Shown here one piece after another: positions 1 through 10,001 of a stretch of DNA of 64,000 nt (position 1 is the stretch's first letter; every line of letters begins with the position of its first letter). Made by a program: the position numbers and the translations under genes. The DNA comes from an uncultured Verrucomicrobiae bacterium. Its GTDB lineage: Bacteria > Verrucomicrobiota > Verrucomicrobiia > Limisphaerales > Palsa-1400. The notes beneath the pieces are model-generated. The model saw nothing but the letters and a program-made list of their open reading frames with translations. It was not told the origin of the DNA and did no database searches. Location: contig CAVPOM010000018.1 of the NCBI GenBank assembly GCA_963707025.1, positions 352,001-416,000 on the forward strand, written 5' to 3'.

Positions 1-1419
1 CGGCGCCGCCGCCAGCGTGATCACCCCGGCCATCGCTTCGGTGTCCGGCGTGATCAGGTTCAAGCCCAGCCCGCGCAACCGCCCCCGCAGCCAGGCCGAA
101 TCCTCCGCCAGTTGCGCGTACTTCTTGGGCCAATCCACCCGCCGCAACGCCGCATCCAGCGCCTGCACCAAGTTGGACGAATGCGTAAAGGCGATCCCCT
201 GGTGCTCGGCGTACCAACCCAAATCCAAATACCGCGGCAAGCGCGTCGAATGGCTGATGGTGTGATTGTAAAAAACCATGCACAAGCCCGGATAGGCCGC
301 CAATCCCTTCCCGCTCGCCGCCGCGGCCATATACACCCCGGCTAAATTCACCGGACCCATTCCCACCGAACTGATGCAATCCGCGCACAGTTTGATCCGC
401 CGCTTGCCACAGAGCGACTGCAGCGGGGAAAGCGGATTCAACATCCCCGTCGAAGTCTCCCCGTGCGCAAACCAGAGCCATCCCACCGCCGGCGAACGGG
501 ACAAAAACTGCTGGATCGCCGGCATGTCAAACGCCTCCCCCCAGGGAAATTTCAACGTGTCGAACGTCAGCCCAAACCGCCGCGCGTGGTCCACCAGCCG
601 CTCGCCAAACTCCCCGTTGCTCAAGACCAGTCCCGGCTTCTCCTGCAACGACAACTGCGCCGCCACCGTGTCATTGGCCAGCGTCCCGGAACCCAGCAGG
701 ATTTGCGCCTGGCGCGCCCCGGTCAACTGGCAGAGCCGCTGGCGGATCCTTTGAAACTCCGCCACAAAACGATCCGAGCGGTGCGACTCCGCCTGCCGCT
801 CAAAGGCCTTGCGCACCTCCCGGTGGATGCTGACCGGTCCCGGTAAAAAACTGGCCGGCCCGGGCAAATTGACCGGCATGCTGAAGAACTCCTCCGCCTT
901 CTTCTCAAATCCCTCCAGCGTCAAATACATCGGCTGAAACATCGCCTCGCCCTTGCCCACCAGCGGTCCAAAGGGCACAAAGCCCAAATGCCGGTAAAGC
1001 TTCTGCTGGCGCGTCGTGCCCGAAATGATCGCCATGTTAAAGCCCCGCTCCGTCCCATACTGCCACATCAGCGAGATGATGCCACGGAAGACCTGGCTGT
1101 TGCGAAAATCCTTCTCCACCGCCAGCAAGCGCACCTCGCAAGGCCTCCGCCCGGGCGGCAAAAACGAATCCAAATTCGCCAGCTTTTGATCCAGAGAAAA
1201 GGGCCGCCGCCCCCGCGCCGCCAGCATGCCCACCACCCGGTTTCCGGCCACGCAGATCAGGTAAGTGTTCTCCTCGTGGAACTTGTCCACCAGACGCGGC
1301 TGCTCCGCCGGTTGATGCTGCGGAATCTCCTCCACAAATGTCCGGTAATTCAACTCGTGAATCTGCTCAAATTCCCAATCCTCTGTGGCTATCTTGAACT
1401 GTAAAGCGCTCGTGCTCAT
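1..1419 (-). CDS. GNAT-family acyltransferase fused to class V PLP-dependent aminotransferase (3' end runs off the window)
   Basis: Absent from the ORF track (no stop in window). Manual translation from ATG 1419: MSTSALQFKIATEDWEFEQIHELNYRTFVEEIPQH...CEVRLLAVEKDFR...KLYRHLGFVPFG (GNAT), then FLPGPV...GSGTLAN...NGEFGERL...HGETSTG...ADCISS...SGKGL (fold-type I class V motifs, PLP Lys). ATGA overlap with the upstream gene. Confidence 0.85.
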   Translation of the reverse strand, partial: MSTSALQFKIATEDWEFEQIHELNYRTFVEEIPQHQPAEQPRLVDKFHEENTYLICVAGNRVVGMLAARGRRPFSLDQKLANLDSFLPPGRRPCEVRLLAVEKDFRNSQVFRGIISLMWQYGTERGFNMAIISGTTRQQKLYRHLGFVPFGPLVGKGEAMFQPMYLTLEGFEKKAEEFFSMPVNLPGPASFLPGPVSIHREVRKAFERQAESHRSDRFVAEFQRIRQRLCQLTGARQAQILLGSGTLANDTVAAQLSLQEKPGLVLSNGEFGERLVDHARRFGLTFDTLKFPWGEAFDMPAIQQFLSRSPAVGWLWFAHGETSTGMLNPLSPLQSLCGKRRIKLCADCISSVGMGPVNLAGVYMAAAASGKGLAAYPGLCMVFYNHTISHSTRLPRYLDLGWYAEHQGIAFTHSSNLVQALDAALRRVDWPKKYAQLAEDSAWLRGRLRGLGLNLITPDTEAMAGVITLAAAP

Positions 1420-2096
1420 AATTCTTTGACAGATTGATCTGATTGCGGCCCCACACCCCGCCGGGTCCATAGCTCGGCGATTCCGTCCACCACATTGCGA
1501 TGATGCGCCAGGATGATCAATCCGGCAAGAACGGAAATGCCCCAGATTTGCGCCTCGTCCCGGCCCAGCCACCAACCGGCGGCCGGCAACAACGCAAACG
1601 CCCCCAGGCTCGCCGCCACCGGCCGGCGCGTCCCCGCCAGTCCCCCGGCAAAAACAACGCCATAAATCAACGCCAGCCGCCAGTCGTAAATCAACAAACC
1701 CGCCAACGAAGTCGAAACCCCCTTGCCGCCGCGCAACCCCAATTGCGCCGGCCAGATATGTCCGGCCACCACGGCCAGCCAGGCCAGCAACACCAGCCGC
1801 TCGTTGCCCGTCCAGGCCAGCGCCGCCCACACCGCCAGCACGCCCTTGGCCAGATCCCCCGCCAGCGTCCACATAAACCCCCTCCGCCCCAGCACCCGCC
1901 CCGCGTTGCGCGCCCCCGTGCTCCCGCTCCCCAGTTCCCGGATATCCTGGCCCGTCCGCTGGCGCACCACATAATAGCCCGTCGAAAAACACCCCAATGC
2001 ATAACTGCCCCCCGCCACTCCCAGCACCACCAGGGGCGACACTCCTGCGCCGAAAAATGTTTCCATCAATGACATTTGCAGTTGTTCCGCCATCAT
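1416..2096 (-). CDS. plsY: Glycerol-3-phosphate acyltransferase PlsY family
   Basis: DIRELGSGSTGARN, DLAKG, GHIWP..GGKGV and HHRN motifs; hydrophobic. Start uncertain (ATG 2096 chosen). Confidence 0.85.
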   Translation of the reverse strand: MMAEQLQMSLMETFFGAGVSPLVVLGVAGGSYALGCFSTGYYVVRQRTGQDIRELGSGSTGARNAGRVLGRRGFMWTLAGDLAKGVLAVWAALAWTGNERLVLLAWLAVVAGHIWPAQLGLRGGKGVSTSLAGLLIYDWRLALIYGVVFAGGLAGTRRPVAASLGAFALLPAAGWWLGRDEAQIWGISVLAGLIILAHHRNVVDGIAELWTRRGVGPQSDQSVKEL

Positions 2097-2346
2097 GCTG
2101 TCAAATCCCAGTGTATGCTTCCTGGCCAAAGTTGAAAGAATATAATTTACCCTCACCATCATCTTTTCTAAAACCTGCCCGCCCCTGGCAAAACCGCCCC
2201 ATCTCGCATCGCCACAGGCCATGGCTTGGCGGGCGCCGGCAGCCCCGCCCGCCCTGCCCCGCCTCACGCCGGGCGGCCGCTCTTTAATCTCCCCGGCCGC
2301 GGCGCCTGGGCTTGATCCTGCGCCTTATTCTGATACGGTTTTTTCC

Positions 2347-4131
2347 ATGAGCGCCCCCGAAGATTCCAAAGATCATCGTCTCCTTGACACCATTCCGCCG
2401 GGAACCCGCCGCCGGACCGGTTCTCTCTCTTTCTTTTTGCTGTCCGGCATTCTCGTGGCGGCGGCCAATGCCAGGGAGCCGGTTTATGCCACCAATGGGA
2501 TGGTGGTCGCCCAGGAGCCGCTCGCCGCCGAGGCCGGCTTGAAGGTGTTGCAAGACGGCGGCAATGCCATTGACGCCGCCGTGGCCACCGCCTTCGCCCT
2601 GGCCGTGACTTATCCGGCGGCCGGCAACATCGGCGGCGGCGGATTCATGACCCTCCGCATGGCCGATGGACGCACCGCCTTCCTGGATTTCCGCGAGAAA
2701 GCTCCGGGCAAGGCCAGCCATGATATGTACCTGGACCCCGCCGCCGCCACCCAAAGCACCCAGGGTTGGCGCGCCGCCGGCGTTCCGGGCACAGTCCGCG
2801 GACTCCAATTGGCCTGGACCCGCTACGGGAGCAGGACCAAGTCCTGGGCCGCCCTCATCCAGCCTGCCATAAATCTCGCCACCGACGGTTACAAGCTCTC
2901 CGCCGCCAACGCCGCCTCTCTGGCCGCCGGCGCAGCCAGGCTGAAAATGGATCCCGAATCGGAAAAAATCTTCCTGGCCGGCGGCCCTGGTTTTGCCGCC
3001 GGCGCCCTCCTGCGCCAGCCGGACTTGGGACGCACCCTGGCCCGCATCGCGGCCGGCCCCGATGATTTCTACACCGGCCAAACGGCGCGGCTTCTGGCCG
3101 CGGCCATGGCCGCCCACGGCGGCCTCATCACGCTGGATGACCTGCGCGCCTACCAGGCCGTCGAGCGCAAACCTCTGGAAGGCGATTACCACGGCTGCCA
3201 CCTCATTACCGCGCCGCCCCCCAGCTCCGGCGGCGTCTGTCTCCTGCAAATGCTCGGCATGCTCGACGCCACCGCCTACACCAATGCGGGCCAGGGTTCA
3301 GCCCGCAGTTATCACTTCCTGGCCGAAGTCATGCGCCGGGCCTTCGCCGATCGGATGGAATACCTGGGCGACCCCGAATTCATGATGCCCCCCATGGCCA
3401 AACTGCTCAATCCCGCTTACCTGAAAAATCGCGCGGCCAGCATCTCGCCGGACAGCGCCACCCCCACCGCAGCCGTCAAGCCGGGCCTGTTCACAGCCAC
3501 CGAAGGCACCGACACCACCCACTTCGATATCTTTGACAAGGACGGCAATGCCGTCGCCGTCACTTACACCTTGAATCTGGGATTCGGCAGCGGCGTCACC
3601 GTGCCCGGCGCCGGCTTCCTCCTCAACGACGAGATGGACGACTTCGCCACCCGGCCCGGCTTCCCGGATTCCTTCGGCATTATCCAGGGCGAGAAAAATG
3701 CCGTTGCCCCCAACAAACGACCGCTTTCCTCCATGTCCCCGACCATCGTTTTGAAGGACAACAAGCCATTCCTCATCCTCGGCGCTCCCGGCGGCGGCAG
3801 GATCATCACCGCGGTGCTCCAAGTCATTCTCAACGTTATTGACCACGGCATGTCCGCCCAGCAGGCCGTGGATTTTCCGAGAATTCATCACCTGTGGAAC
3901 CCCGTCCCCCAGGACGACTGGCTCCAAGTCGAGGCTTCCCTGCCGCCGGAGACGATCACCCAACTGAAAAACATGGGCTACAAAATCAAGGACCGCTCGC
4001 CGATCGTCGCCGCCCGTGTTGAGGCCATCCTGATCAACCCCAATTTCTGGAAGGAGCGCCCTCCCGTCCAGGCCTGGATTGAAGGCGCGCACGACGCCAC
4101 CCGCGGCGACGGCAAAGCCGCCGGTTACTGA
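2347..4131 (+). CDS. ggt: Gamma-glutamyltransferase
   Basis: GGNAIDAAVA, GNIGGGGF, DFREKAP, catalytic TTHF, LNDEMDDF, PNKRPLSSMSP, GAPGG. Confidence 0.95.
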   Translation: MSAPEDSKDHRLLDTIPPGTRRRTGSLSFFLLSGILVAAANAREPVYATNGMVVAQEPLAAEAGLKVLQDGGNAIDAAVATAFALAVTYPAAGNIGGGGFMTLRMADGRTAFLDFREKAPGKASHDMYLDPAAATQSTQGWRAAGVPGTVRGLQLAWTRYGSRTKSWAALIQPAINLATDGYKLSAANAASLAAGAARLKMDPESEKIFLAGGPGFAAGALLRQPDLGRTLARIAAGPDDFYTGQTARLLAAAMAAHGGLITLDDLRAYQAVERKPLEGDYHGCHLITAPPPSSGGVCLLQMLGMLDATAYTNAGQGSARSYHFLAEVMRRAFADRMEYLGDPEFMMPPMAKLLNPAYLKNRAASISPDSATPTAAVKPGLFTATEGTDTTHFDIFDKDGNAVAVTYTLNLGFGSGVTVPGAGFLLNDEMDDFATRPGFPDSFGIIQGEKNAVAPNKRPLSSMSPTIVLKDNKPFLILGAPGGGRIITAVLQVILNVIDHGMSAQQAVDFPRIHHLWNPVPQDDWLQVEASLPPETITQLKNMGYKIKDRSPIVAARVEAILINPNFWKERPPVQAWIEGAHDATRGDGKAAGY

Positions 4132-4229
4132 CCGCTGTAGCGGCGGTCTATGACCGTCGCATTCCTTTTCATGCGCCTTTGATAAGCAACACGGATTGCC
4201 GCGGTCTGCGCCGTCTGCGAGAAGTACCG

Positions 4230-4387
4230 GAGCGGAAAAAAAAGCCGAAATCACCAGCCGCGTCGCCGCCGACTTCACCGGCTGGGACAAAGACAAGGCC
4301 AAATTTGAGGCGCAGCTTGAAAAGGTCATCCAAGCCCTCCGCGCCTACGCCACCGGCCGCGAACTCCCTCCCAAGCCGCGACTCTGG
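4230..4387 (+). pseudogene. Short C-terminal remnant resembling the tail of TIR-domain proteins
   Basis: [33 protein letters not shown]...PPKPRL resembles a TIR C-terminal 'DF..W....F...+..L' segment; no N-terminal part present. Recognition from memory. Confidence 0.45.
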
Positions 4388-4480
4388 CGCGGTTTAAAGA
4401 AAACTGTGGCCAGACAAGGCAAACCAGCTCATCGCGTCCTGGCGAGGTGTTATGGCTGCAGTTTTATTGAAAATGCTCTA
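4385..4480. repeat. 96-bp MITE-like element, copy 1
   Basis: Direct repeat of 4599-4694; internal inverted arms AAAACTGTGGCCA / TGGCTGCAGTTTT; ends GAAAATGCTCTA. Confidence 0.75.
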
Positions 4481-4495
4481 ATCTGAACAGTCTAA

Positions 4496-4542
4496 AATTT
4501 ATTCTGCCCACATTGAAAGCTGCAATGTGGGCAGAATAAATT
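4496..4542. repeat. Perfect 20-bp inverted repeat with 7-nt loop
   Basis: AATTTATTCTGCCCACATTG-aaagctg-CAATGTGGGCAGAATAAATT. Confidence 0.9.
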
Positions 4543-4598
4543 CAATCTCGTCATTTGTCGAGAAAAATATGGAGTTGGAGGTCATGCGCCCGAATCAT

Positions 4599-4694
4599 TA
4601 AAGCGGTTTCAAGAAAACTGTAGCCACACGAGGTAAACCAGTTCATCGCCTTCTGGCGACGTGTTATGGCTACAGTTCTGTTGAAAATGCTCTA
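4599..4694. repeat. 96-bp MITE-like element, copy 2
   Basis: TAAAGCGGTTTCAAGAAAACTGTAGCCA...TGGCTACAGTTCTGTTGAAAATGCTCTA; colinear with copy 1. Confidence 0.75.
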
Positions 4695-4761
4695 ATCGTT
4701 TTCTCATTTATGATTCTGTCCCGCCATGGTTTCCTGTCCTCCGACTTGTCCTCCGTAAGCC

Positions 4762-4945
4762 CCGTGGAGGAGGAAGGCCATGCGAAGGAGGAAGGCCCGG
4801 CGAAGGAGAATGCCAAAAAGCTCGCATTTGCCGTTGACAATATCTATATAGCCCGTATTGTTGCATAGTGGAGATGGGCCAGGACAGAAAAGTAGGACGG
4901 CGGCGGGACCAGGACGGGTTTCCCGGCGCTCCATGCGACATGCTC
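4762..4945 (+). repeat. Promoter-bearing intergenic element, copy A
   Basis: Near-identical to 8088-8274; TTGACA 4834-4839, 16 nt, TATTGT 4856-4861, then GCATAGTG...GGACGGCGGCGGGACCAGGA. Confidence 0.85.
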
Positions 4946-5258
4946 AAAGCCAACCCCATTTCTGGCTGAGGGCCCTACTCCTAAAATTCAAGTTTTCATT
5001 TCGCTTTGTCGGGTGCTCCAAACATCCTTGCCGGATCATAATCGGTGTCTTGGCTCATCAGAAAACCATAGCTGAAGCTGAAGGGCCGGGTAACCGTCGT
5101 CTGAACCACCTCGGGATCAGGCGCACCGTTGATGATTTGAAGCGTTGTGCTGGAGGTTTGAGCGCAGAGTGGATTTGACGATGCGTCTGACACCTGCTCC
5201 GCAGGCAGTGTTCGCCCGTTCTTTGCTCGACTCGACTGGTTCGCTCTGGCTCTTCAGT

Positions 5259-6368
5259 TCACGGAACTTGGGCCAGCACAACCCGGAACCCAATGGAGTC
5301 AAGCGCTGAGCTTGGGTCTATTCCGCCCCAGCGAGCGGCTGCCCGTTCTCCCACGGCGCCGACGTACCACCAACCGCCGCGGAGGGTGCGGGTCGAGCCC
5401 GTCGCAGACCCCTGCGGGTCGACGACAGTCCCAGTGGGATAAGGCCCGTACCAGTCCTGACACCACTCCAAAACGTTCCCGATCATGTCATACAATCCCC
5501 AGCCGTTCGGGGCATAGCTTCCTACCGCGGTCGTTATCCCAAGGTAGATTCCGCTCGGATCATAGATGTCGCCCACCGAGGCATCGTATCCGTATGTGCC
5601 ATAGAAATTTGCCTGGCCCGAGTATAACCCGCTCCCCAAATAAAACGCCGTCGTCGTGCCGGCGCGAGCCGCATACTCCCACTCCGATTCGGTCGGCAAC
5701 CGATACACATAGTTGGTGGGAATTAAACCTTCCGCTCGCTCCAGTTGCGTCCGCAGCGCGCAATAGTTGGATGCATCATACCAACTCGTTTGCTCTACCG
5801 GTTGAAGTAGTTCGTTGGCAATCGCGCTCCCACTGCCGCCGTTAATTGCGCCGGTTACGCCGTTAAGCATATCGCTCGGGTTGCTTCCCACCACTGCGAG
5901 ATAATCCCCTTCCGTCACCAAAAACTTCTCCATCCAAAAACCCCGGCTGATAATCACGGTGTGCTGAACTTCGTCCGAAGACCGCTCCGCCTCGTTCGTC
6001 GGGCTGCCCATCGTGAACGTCCCCGGCTGGATGAATACCAAGTTGGTGTCCGCTGGTGTAGGAACTGATACGGCACGATAAAACCGCTGGGCCGGCGCGG
6101 GTTGCGATGGGTCAATCCAAACATCGCTGACGCCAGTTATTTGCAGCAGCGTCCGAGCCACCCAAACATTTGTGGAGGAAAGGTCAGAGGCGTATTGGAT
6201 GGAGTAAACACCGCCCACCGTTCCTTTCAGGCTCAGCGTCGGCTGACCGGAGGACAATTCAAGACCAAGATTGGGTCGAGTTTGAGCAGAGACCGGTGGC
6301 GCCACGGCCCAAACGACAAAGAACACGAAAGAGTGGAATCGAACAAGTTTTAAGCATGCCGTCTTCAT
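5259..6368 (-). CDS. Exported FGE-sulfatase (SUMF1/EgtB/PvdO-fold) domain protein
   Basis: Signal peptide; FTMGSP..E..R, YRLPTESEWEYAARAG, PNGWGLYDMIGNVLEWCQDWY, RGG...IGFRVVL. Confidence 0.9.
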   Translation of the reverse strand: MKTACLKLVRFHSFVFFVVWAVAPPVSAQTRPNLGLELSSGQPTLSLKGTVGGVYSIQYASDLSSTNVWVARTLLQITGVSDVWIDPSQPAPAQRFYRAVSVPTPADTNLVFIQPGTFTMGSPTNEAERSSDEVQHTVIISRGFWMEKFLVTEGDYLAVVGSNPSDMLNGVTGAINGGSGSAIANELLQPVEQTSWYDASNYCALRTQLERAEGLIPTNYVYRLPTESEWEYAARAGTTTAFYLGSGLYSGQANFYGTYGYDASVGDIYDPSGIYLGITTAVGSYAPNGWGLYDMIGNVLEWCQDWYGPYPTGTVVDPQGSATGSTRTLRGGWWYVGAVGERAAARWGGIDPSSALDSIGFRVVLAQVP

Positions 6369-6376
6369 AAAAACTT

Positions 6377-7826
6377 CACACCCGTCTCATAAGGGGAAAA
6401 GTCTGGTGCTGACCTGTTCATTTGCAAGGGTTTAATTGGTCTTCGGGGTAAAATGAGATTTTGATTTTTCCGAGTTTGGCTTTTGGGTTTGGTATGCGCC
6501 TGTTTGGGCGCGTGTGCTGTCCCATAGCTTTATTGGAAGCCGGGGAAATACGCCTCCTCGGGCCGCGCCAAGTGGCGAAAGCTGCCGCCTGCTGTCCCAT
6601 AGCACGCCAGCAAATTGAGCAGATCATATTTCTCCCAGAGCGCCGCCCGCAAAATCGTGAACAGCCGGGTGAAGCTGTGCGCCCAGTTGGAGAGGTGACT
6701 GAGGTAGCGCAACAGCACGTAGGTCAACAGCGCCGTCCACACCTGCCAGCGCACGGCGTTGGCGTTGTGGCCCAGAAAATCCGCCAACTGCAAGGTCTGC
6801 TTGATTTGTTTGAAGAAGACTTCGATCTGCCAGCGGCAGCGGTAAAGGTCGGCCACGCTGCGCGGACTCCACTCCAGGTTGTTGGTCAGGAAGGTCATTT
6901 CCCGTTCCTCTCCATCAATCTCGACCAGCGCCACCACCCGGCGCATCAACTCCGGCGCGGGTTTGTTCTCGTTGCTCAGGACGATCACTTCGTCGCGCAA
7001 AATCTTCGGGTCTCTGGAGGCGGGCATTTTCCGCACCACCTCATAGCCCATGTTCTCCTTGGCCCGCGTCACCCAAAAGACCCCGCGCCCGTCCAAATCC
7101 CGCAAGTGGCCGAAGTCCACATAACCCTTGTCGAACAAGGCGATTTCGCCGCTCTTCAAGTCGGCGCACAGTTCCCGCGCCCGTCGGTTGTCGTGCTCGG
7201 CGGCAGTGTCCACAATGACAAAACCGGGCAAAAGATTCTGCAGATTCAACCGCATATGGGTTTTGGCGGCGGCCTTGCGCCGGCGGTGCTTGGCCCAGTC
7301 CAGGCAGTTGGCCACCAGTTCCATGGTCGTGCTATCAATCACATGGATGGGCATCTTGAAACGGAAGGCGGGGCCACGGCGCTGGCCCGCGGCAAAGCCG
7401 GGCGTCTGTGCTTTCAAATGCTCCAGGACCCGCCAGAAGAGTTGTTCGGCCATCTGGGCCGGACGCTCCCGGTTGGCGTGGGAGAGGCCGTTGCGGCTGG
7501 GGGCGCTGGCGCCGCGCAAAGTGGACAGCGGCCCGGAATGCAATTGCAGCGAGTCGCACAGATCGTTGAGTCCGATGCAATGGGTGAGTTGCGCGTCCAG
7601 CAAACTGACCGTGTGACTCCACGGACTGAAGGTGCGCGACTTATCCAGAGCCCGGTCTCCCGCGCTATTTTGGAGACTTCATGCGCAGGAATGAGATTGC
7701 AAATCTGGCGCAAAACGTTAAACCGGGACCGTGTCGGTTTGATTTTTTTGTTTTTCATGCCTGCCTTGTGGCAGGTTCAAATGGTCAAGCCAACACTTTT
7801 TTCCAATTTCCTGTGGGATGGCTGTG
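6377..7826 (-). mobile_element. IS4-family insertion sequence, copy 1 (1450 bp)
   Basis: Imperfect terminal IRs (CACACCCGTCTCATA / CACAGCCATCCCACA); 9-bp target duplication TAAAAACTT at 6368-6376 and 7827-7835; near-identical to 33157-34607. Confidence 0.95.
6530..7758 (-). pseudogene. IS4-family transposase, frameshifted near 7651-7653
   Basis: One G fewer than copy 2 (GACCGGGCTC vs GACCGGGGCTC); DDE motifs IDST, FDKGY, YRCRWQIEVFFK retained downstream. Confidence 0.85.
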
Positions 7827-8087
7827 TAAAAACTTTAAGGCTTGATGGTGTTCATCTGCCCGGCCTTGGCCGGAATCTACGCACGCTGTGCGTTAGTCAA
7901 GTCAGCATCGGATCGGGCACACATTTTCCTTTCTGCTCTGACCGGACCAAATTATCAAGCGGAAAAGGGACGGTCGGTGGGACGGTCGAATCGGGGCGAA
8001 CAATCCAAAAGTTGAAAGTGGCGAATGCACACAGCAAACGGCCGCTTTACCCAGCCGCCGCCTGCTCTTGACTTATTAACGAGGACA

Positions 8088-8700
8088 CCTGTGGAGGAGG
8101 AAGGCCCGGCCAAGGAGCAAGGCCCGGCCAAGGAGAATGCCAAAAAAATATTGCATTTGCCGTTGACAATATCTATGTAACCGTTATTGTTGCATAGTGG
8201 AGATGGGCCAGGACAGAAAAGTAAGACGGCGGCGGGACCAGGACGGGTTTCCCGGCGCTGCTTTCGACATCCTCCAGCGTCCATCCCCTTCGTTCCCTTC
8301 TTTTGCCCCACAGCCGGTCAAACTCGGTCAAACCATTTCTTGGACCTTGACCTATGCCATAACTTCATCACTCCACCACTCCATCGCTCCAATTCCGTCA
8401 CACCGATACCTTGCCAAATCACCAAACTTTACCATTCATGTACGGCAACAGCATCTTACACTGCGCGTTTTTAGCCATTTGGTGGAAAACAAACGGAAGT
8501 GCCTTTCCTTAAACAATTTACATCTCAAATCGAGCGTCATCCAGGCAGGAGCAATTAAGCCCAATCAAGCCAAATCAAGGTGTTTTTTTCCGGGAACGAT
8601 GGCCAAATGGCAGAACTTTCACCCCACCCGGTCATACCCGGTCATACCCGGTCAAACCGGTCAAACCGGTCAAACCAGTCAAACCATAAAAGGGGTGACC
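8088..8700 (+). repeat. Promoter-bearing intergenic element, copy B (long form with tandem repeats)
   Basis: TTGACA 8163-8168, 16 nt, TATTGT 8185-8190; GACGGCGGCGGGACCAGGA; GGTCAAAC repeats; GGAAAACAAA..AAGTGCCT..AACAATTTAC; AATCAAG repeats; T7; CCGGTCATAC/CCGGTCAAA array at ~8628-8686. Confidence 0.8.
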
Positions 8701-8762
8701 CTATCAACCCCATGAACAGGCGCCTGGCAACCAACGATTTGAAGCTTTTCCCGGAATTCGCG

Positions 8763-10001
8763 TCACTTCGCCACAATTGGCGGATCACCCCCGCCGGATT
8801 TGGGCAGGGACAAATATCGGGTGGTGATGCAGGCCGTCGCGAAACAGAGCGCGGCGCAACAGAGATAAGGAATGGGGAGATGATCCTTGCCGAAGATGCC
8901 AATGGTAAAAAAAGGCCCGGCGATCCGGGCCAGACTGCCGATGCCTTGCGCCACCCCGATCGTGCTGCCTTGTTCATGGGCGGGCGTGAGCATCGAAATC
9001 ATCCCGAAGACCGGCGGGCGGGTCAGGCTGGAGCCGGTGGAAAAGACGGCCAGGGCCACAAGGAGCGCGGCCCACGTCGTCAGATATGGCAAAACCGCGA
9101 TGCCAACCGCGGCCAGAAACAAACTGACGGCAATGACTTTGGGTTCGCCCATTTTTTCAACCATCCGCCGCAGCACCCCGCGCTGGGTTATCGCCCCGAT
9201 CAGCCCGCAATAGGCGATCAGCCAGGCAACCTTGCCCAGCACCGAATCCAGCCCCTTTTCCTCCGCCAGGTGGAAATTCTTCTCCACCAGCAACCCGATG
9301 CTCGTTTCAAAACTGCTGAAACAAAAGGTCGCCAGGAAAAAGATGCCGACCAGCAGGTTCAGGCGCGGCATCCGCAAAACGTGCTGCCATTGCTCCAGGT
9401 GCGGCCGCTGGGTTTGGGAGTGCGCGGCCGGCTGCCAGCTTTCCGCCAGCATGAGCGAGGCCCAGATAAAATTAATCGCGCACAGCGCGCCGGCCGTCCA
9501 GCCCGGACCGGTCAGACCGAAACTTATTGTGCTCAAAGCGCCCAGCACCGGCCCAAAAATGAAGCCCAGGCCGAAAGCCATTCCCACCAGTCCCATTTTG
9601 GCCGAACGTTCCTCCGGCGGGGTGATGTCGGCGATGTAGGCCTGGGCCACCGTGATGTTGGCGCCGCAGATTCCGGCGAAGATGCGCGAGCCCAGCATGA
9701 ACCAGAGGGCCAGCCCCCGGCTTTCCATGCCGGAGCCAAGGGCAAAAATCACGTAGGACACGCAGGCGCACCCCGTGCTGGCCAACAAAACCGGCCGCCG
9801 CCCGATGCGGTCGGACAGCCGCCCCCAGAGCGGGGCAAAGAGGAATTGCATCAGCGAATACGATGTAAAGATGGCGGCGATGAAAAAACCGCCGGCCTTG
9901 AAGTGGTCGGCATAAATGGGGATGAGCGGCAGGATCAACCCGAATCCAACCAGGTCAATCAGCACCGTGAAAAATACGATTCCAAGCGATTTCTTTTTCA
10001 T
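8763..10001 (-). CDS. MFS transporter (TetA/DHA1-like)
   Basis: Motif A GRLSDRIGRRPVLL, AQAYIADIT, GFIFGPVLG; about 12 hydrophobic segments. Confidence 0.92.
   Translation of the reverse strand: MKKKSLGIVFFTVLIDLVGFGLILPLIPIYADHFKAGGFFIAAIFTSYSLMQFLFAPLWGRLSDRIGRRPVLLASTGCACVSYVIFALGSGMESRGLALWFMLGSRIFAGICGANITVAQAYIADITPPEERSAKMGLVGMAFGLGFIFGPVLGALSTISFGLTGPGWTAGALCAINFIWASLMLAESWQPAAHSQTQRPHLEQWQHVLRMPRLNLLVGIFFLATFCFSSFETSIGLLVEKNFHLAEEKGLDSVLGKVAWLIAYCGLIGAITQRGVLRRMVEKMGEPKVIAVSLFLAAVGIAVLPYLTTWAALLVALAVFSTGSSLTRPPVFGMISMLTPAHEQGSTIGVAQGIGSLARIAGPFFTIGIFGKDHLPIPYLCCAALCFATACITTRYLSLPKSGGGDPPIVAK

Noticed and set aside
4996..5193. 65-aa ORF downstream of the FGE gene
   Set aside because: No recognisable motif; cannot be supported as a gene.
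5259..5420. FGE-fold C-terminus as a diversity-generating retroelement target
   Set aside because: No template repeat with adenine-specific differences and no reverse transcriptase seen in this window.
6461..8071. Long antisense ORFs over the IS copies (also 33156-34523)
   Set aside because: Shadow frames of the transposase.
8626..8690. Tandem repeats as a CRISPR array
   Set aside because: Units of 9-11 bp are contiguous with no spacers; no cas genes. The same applies at 31216-31260.
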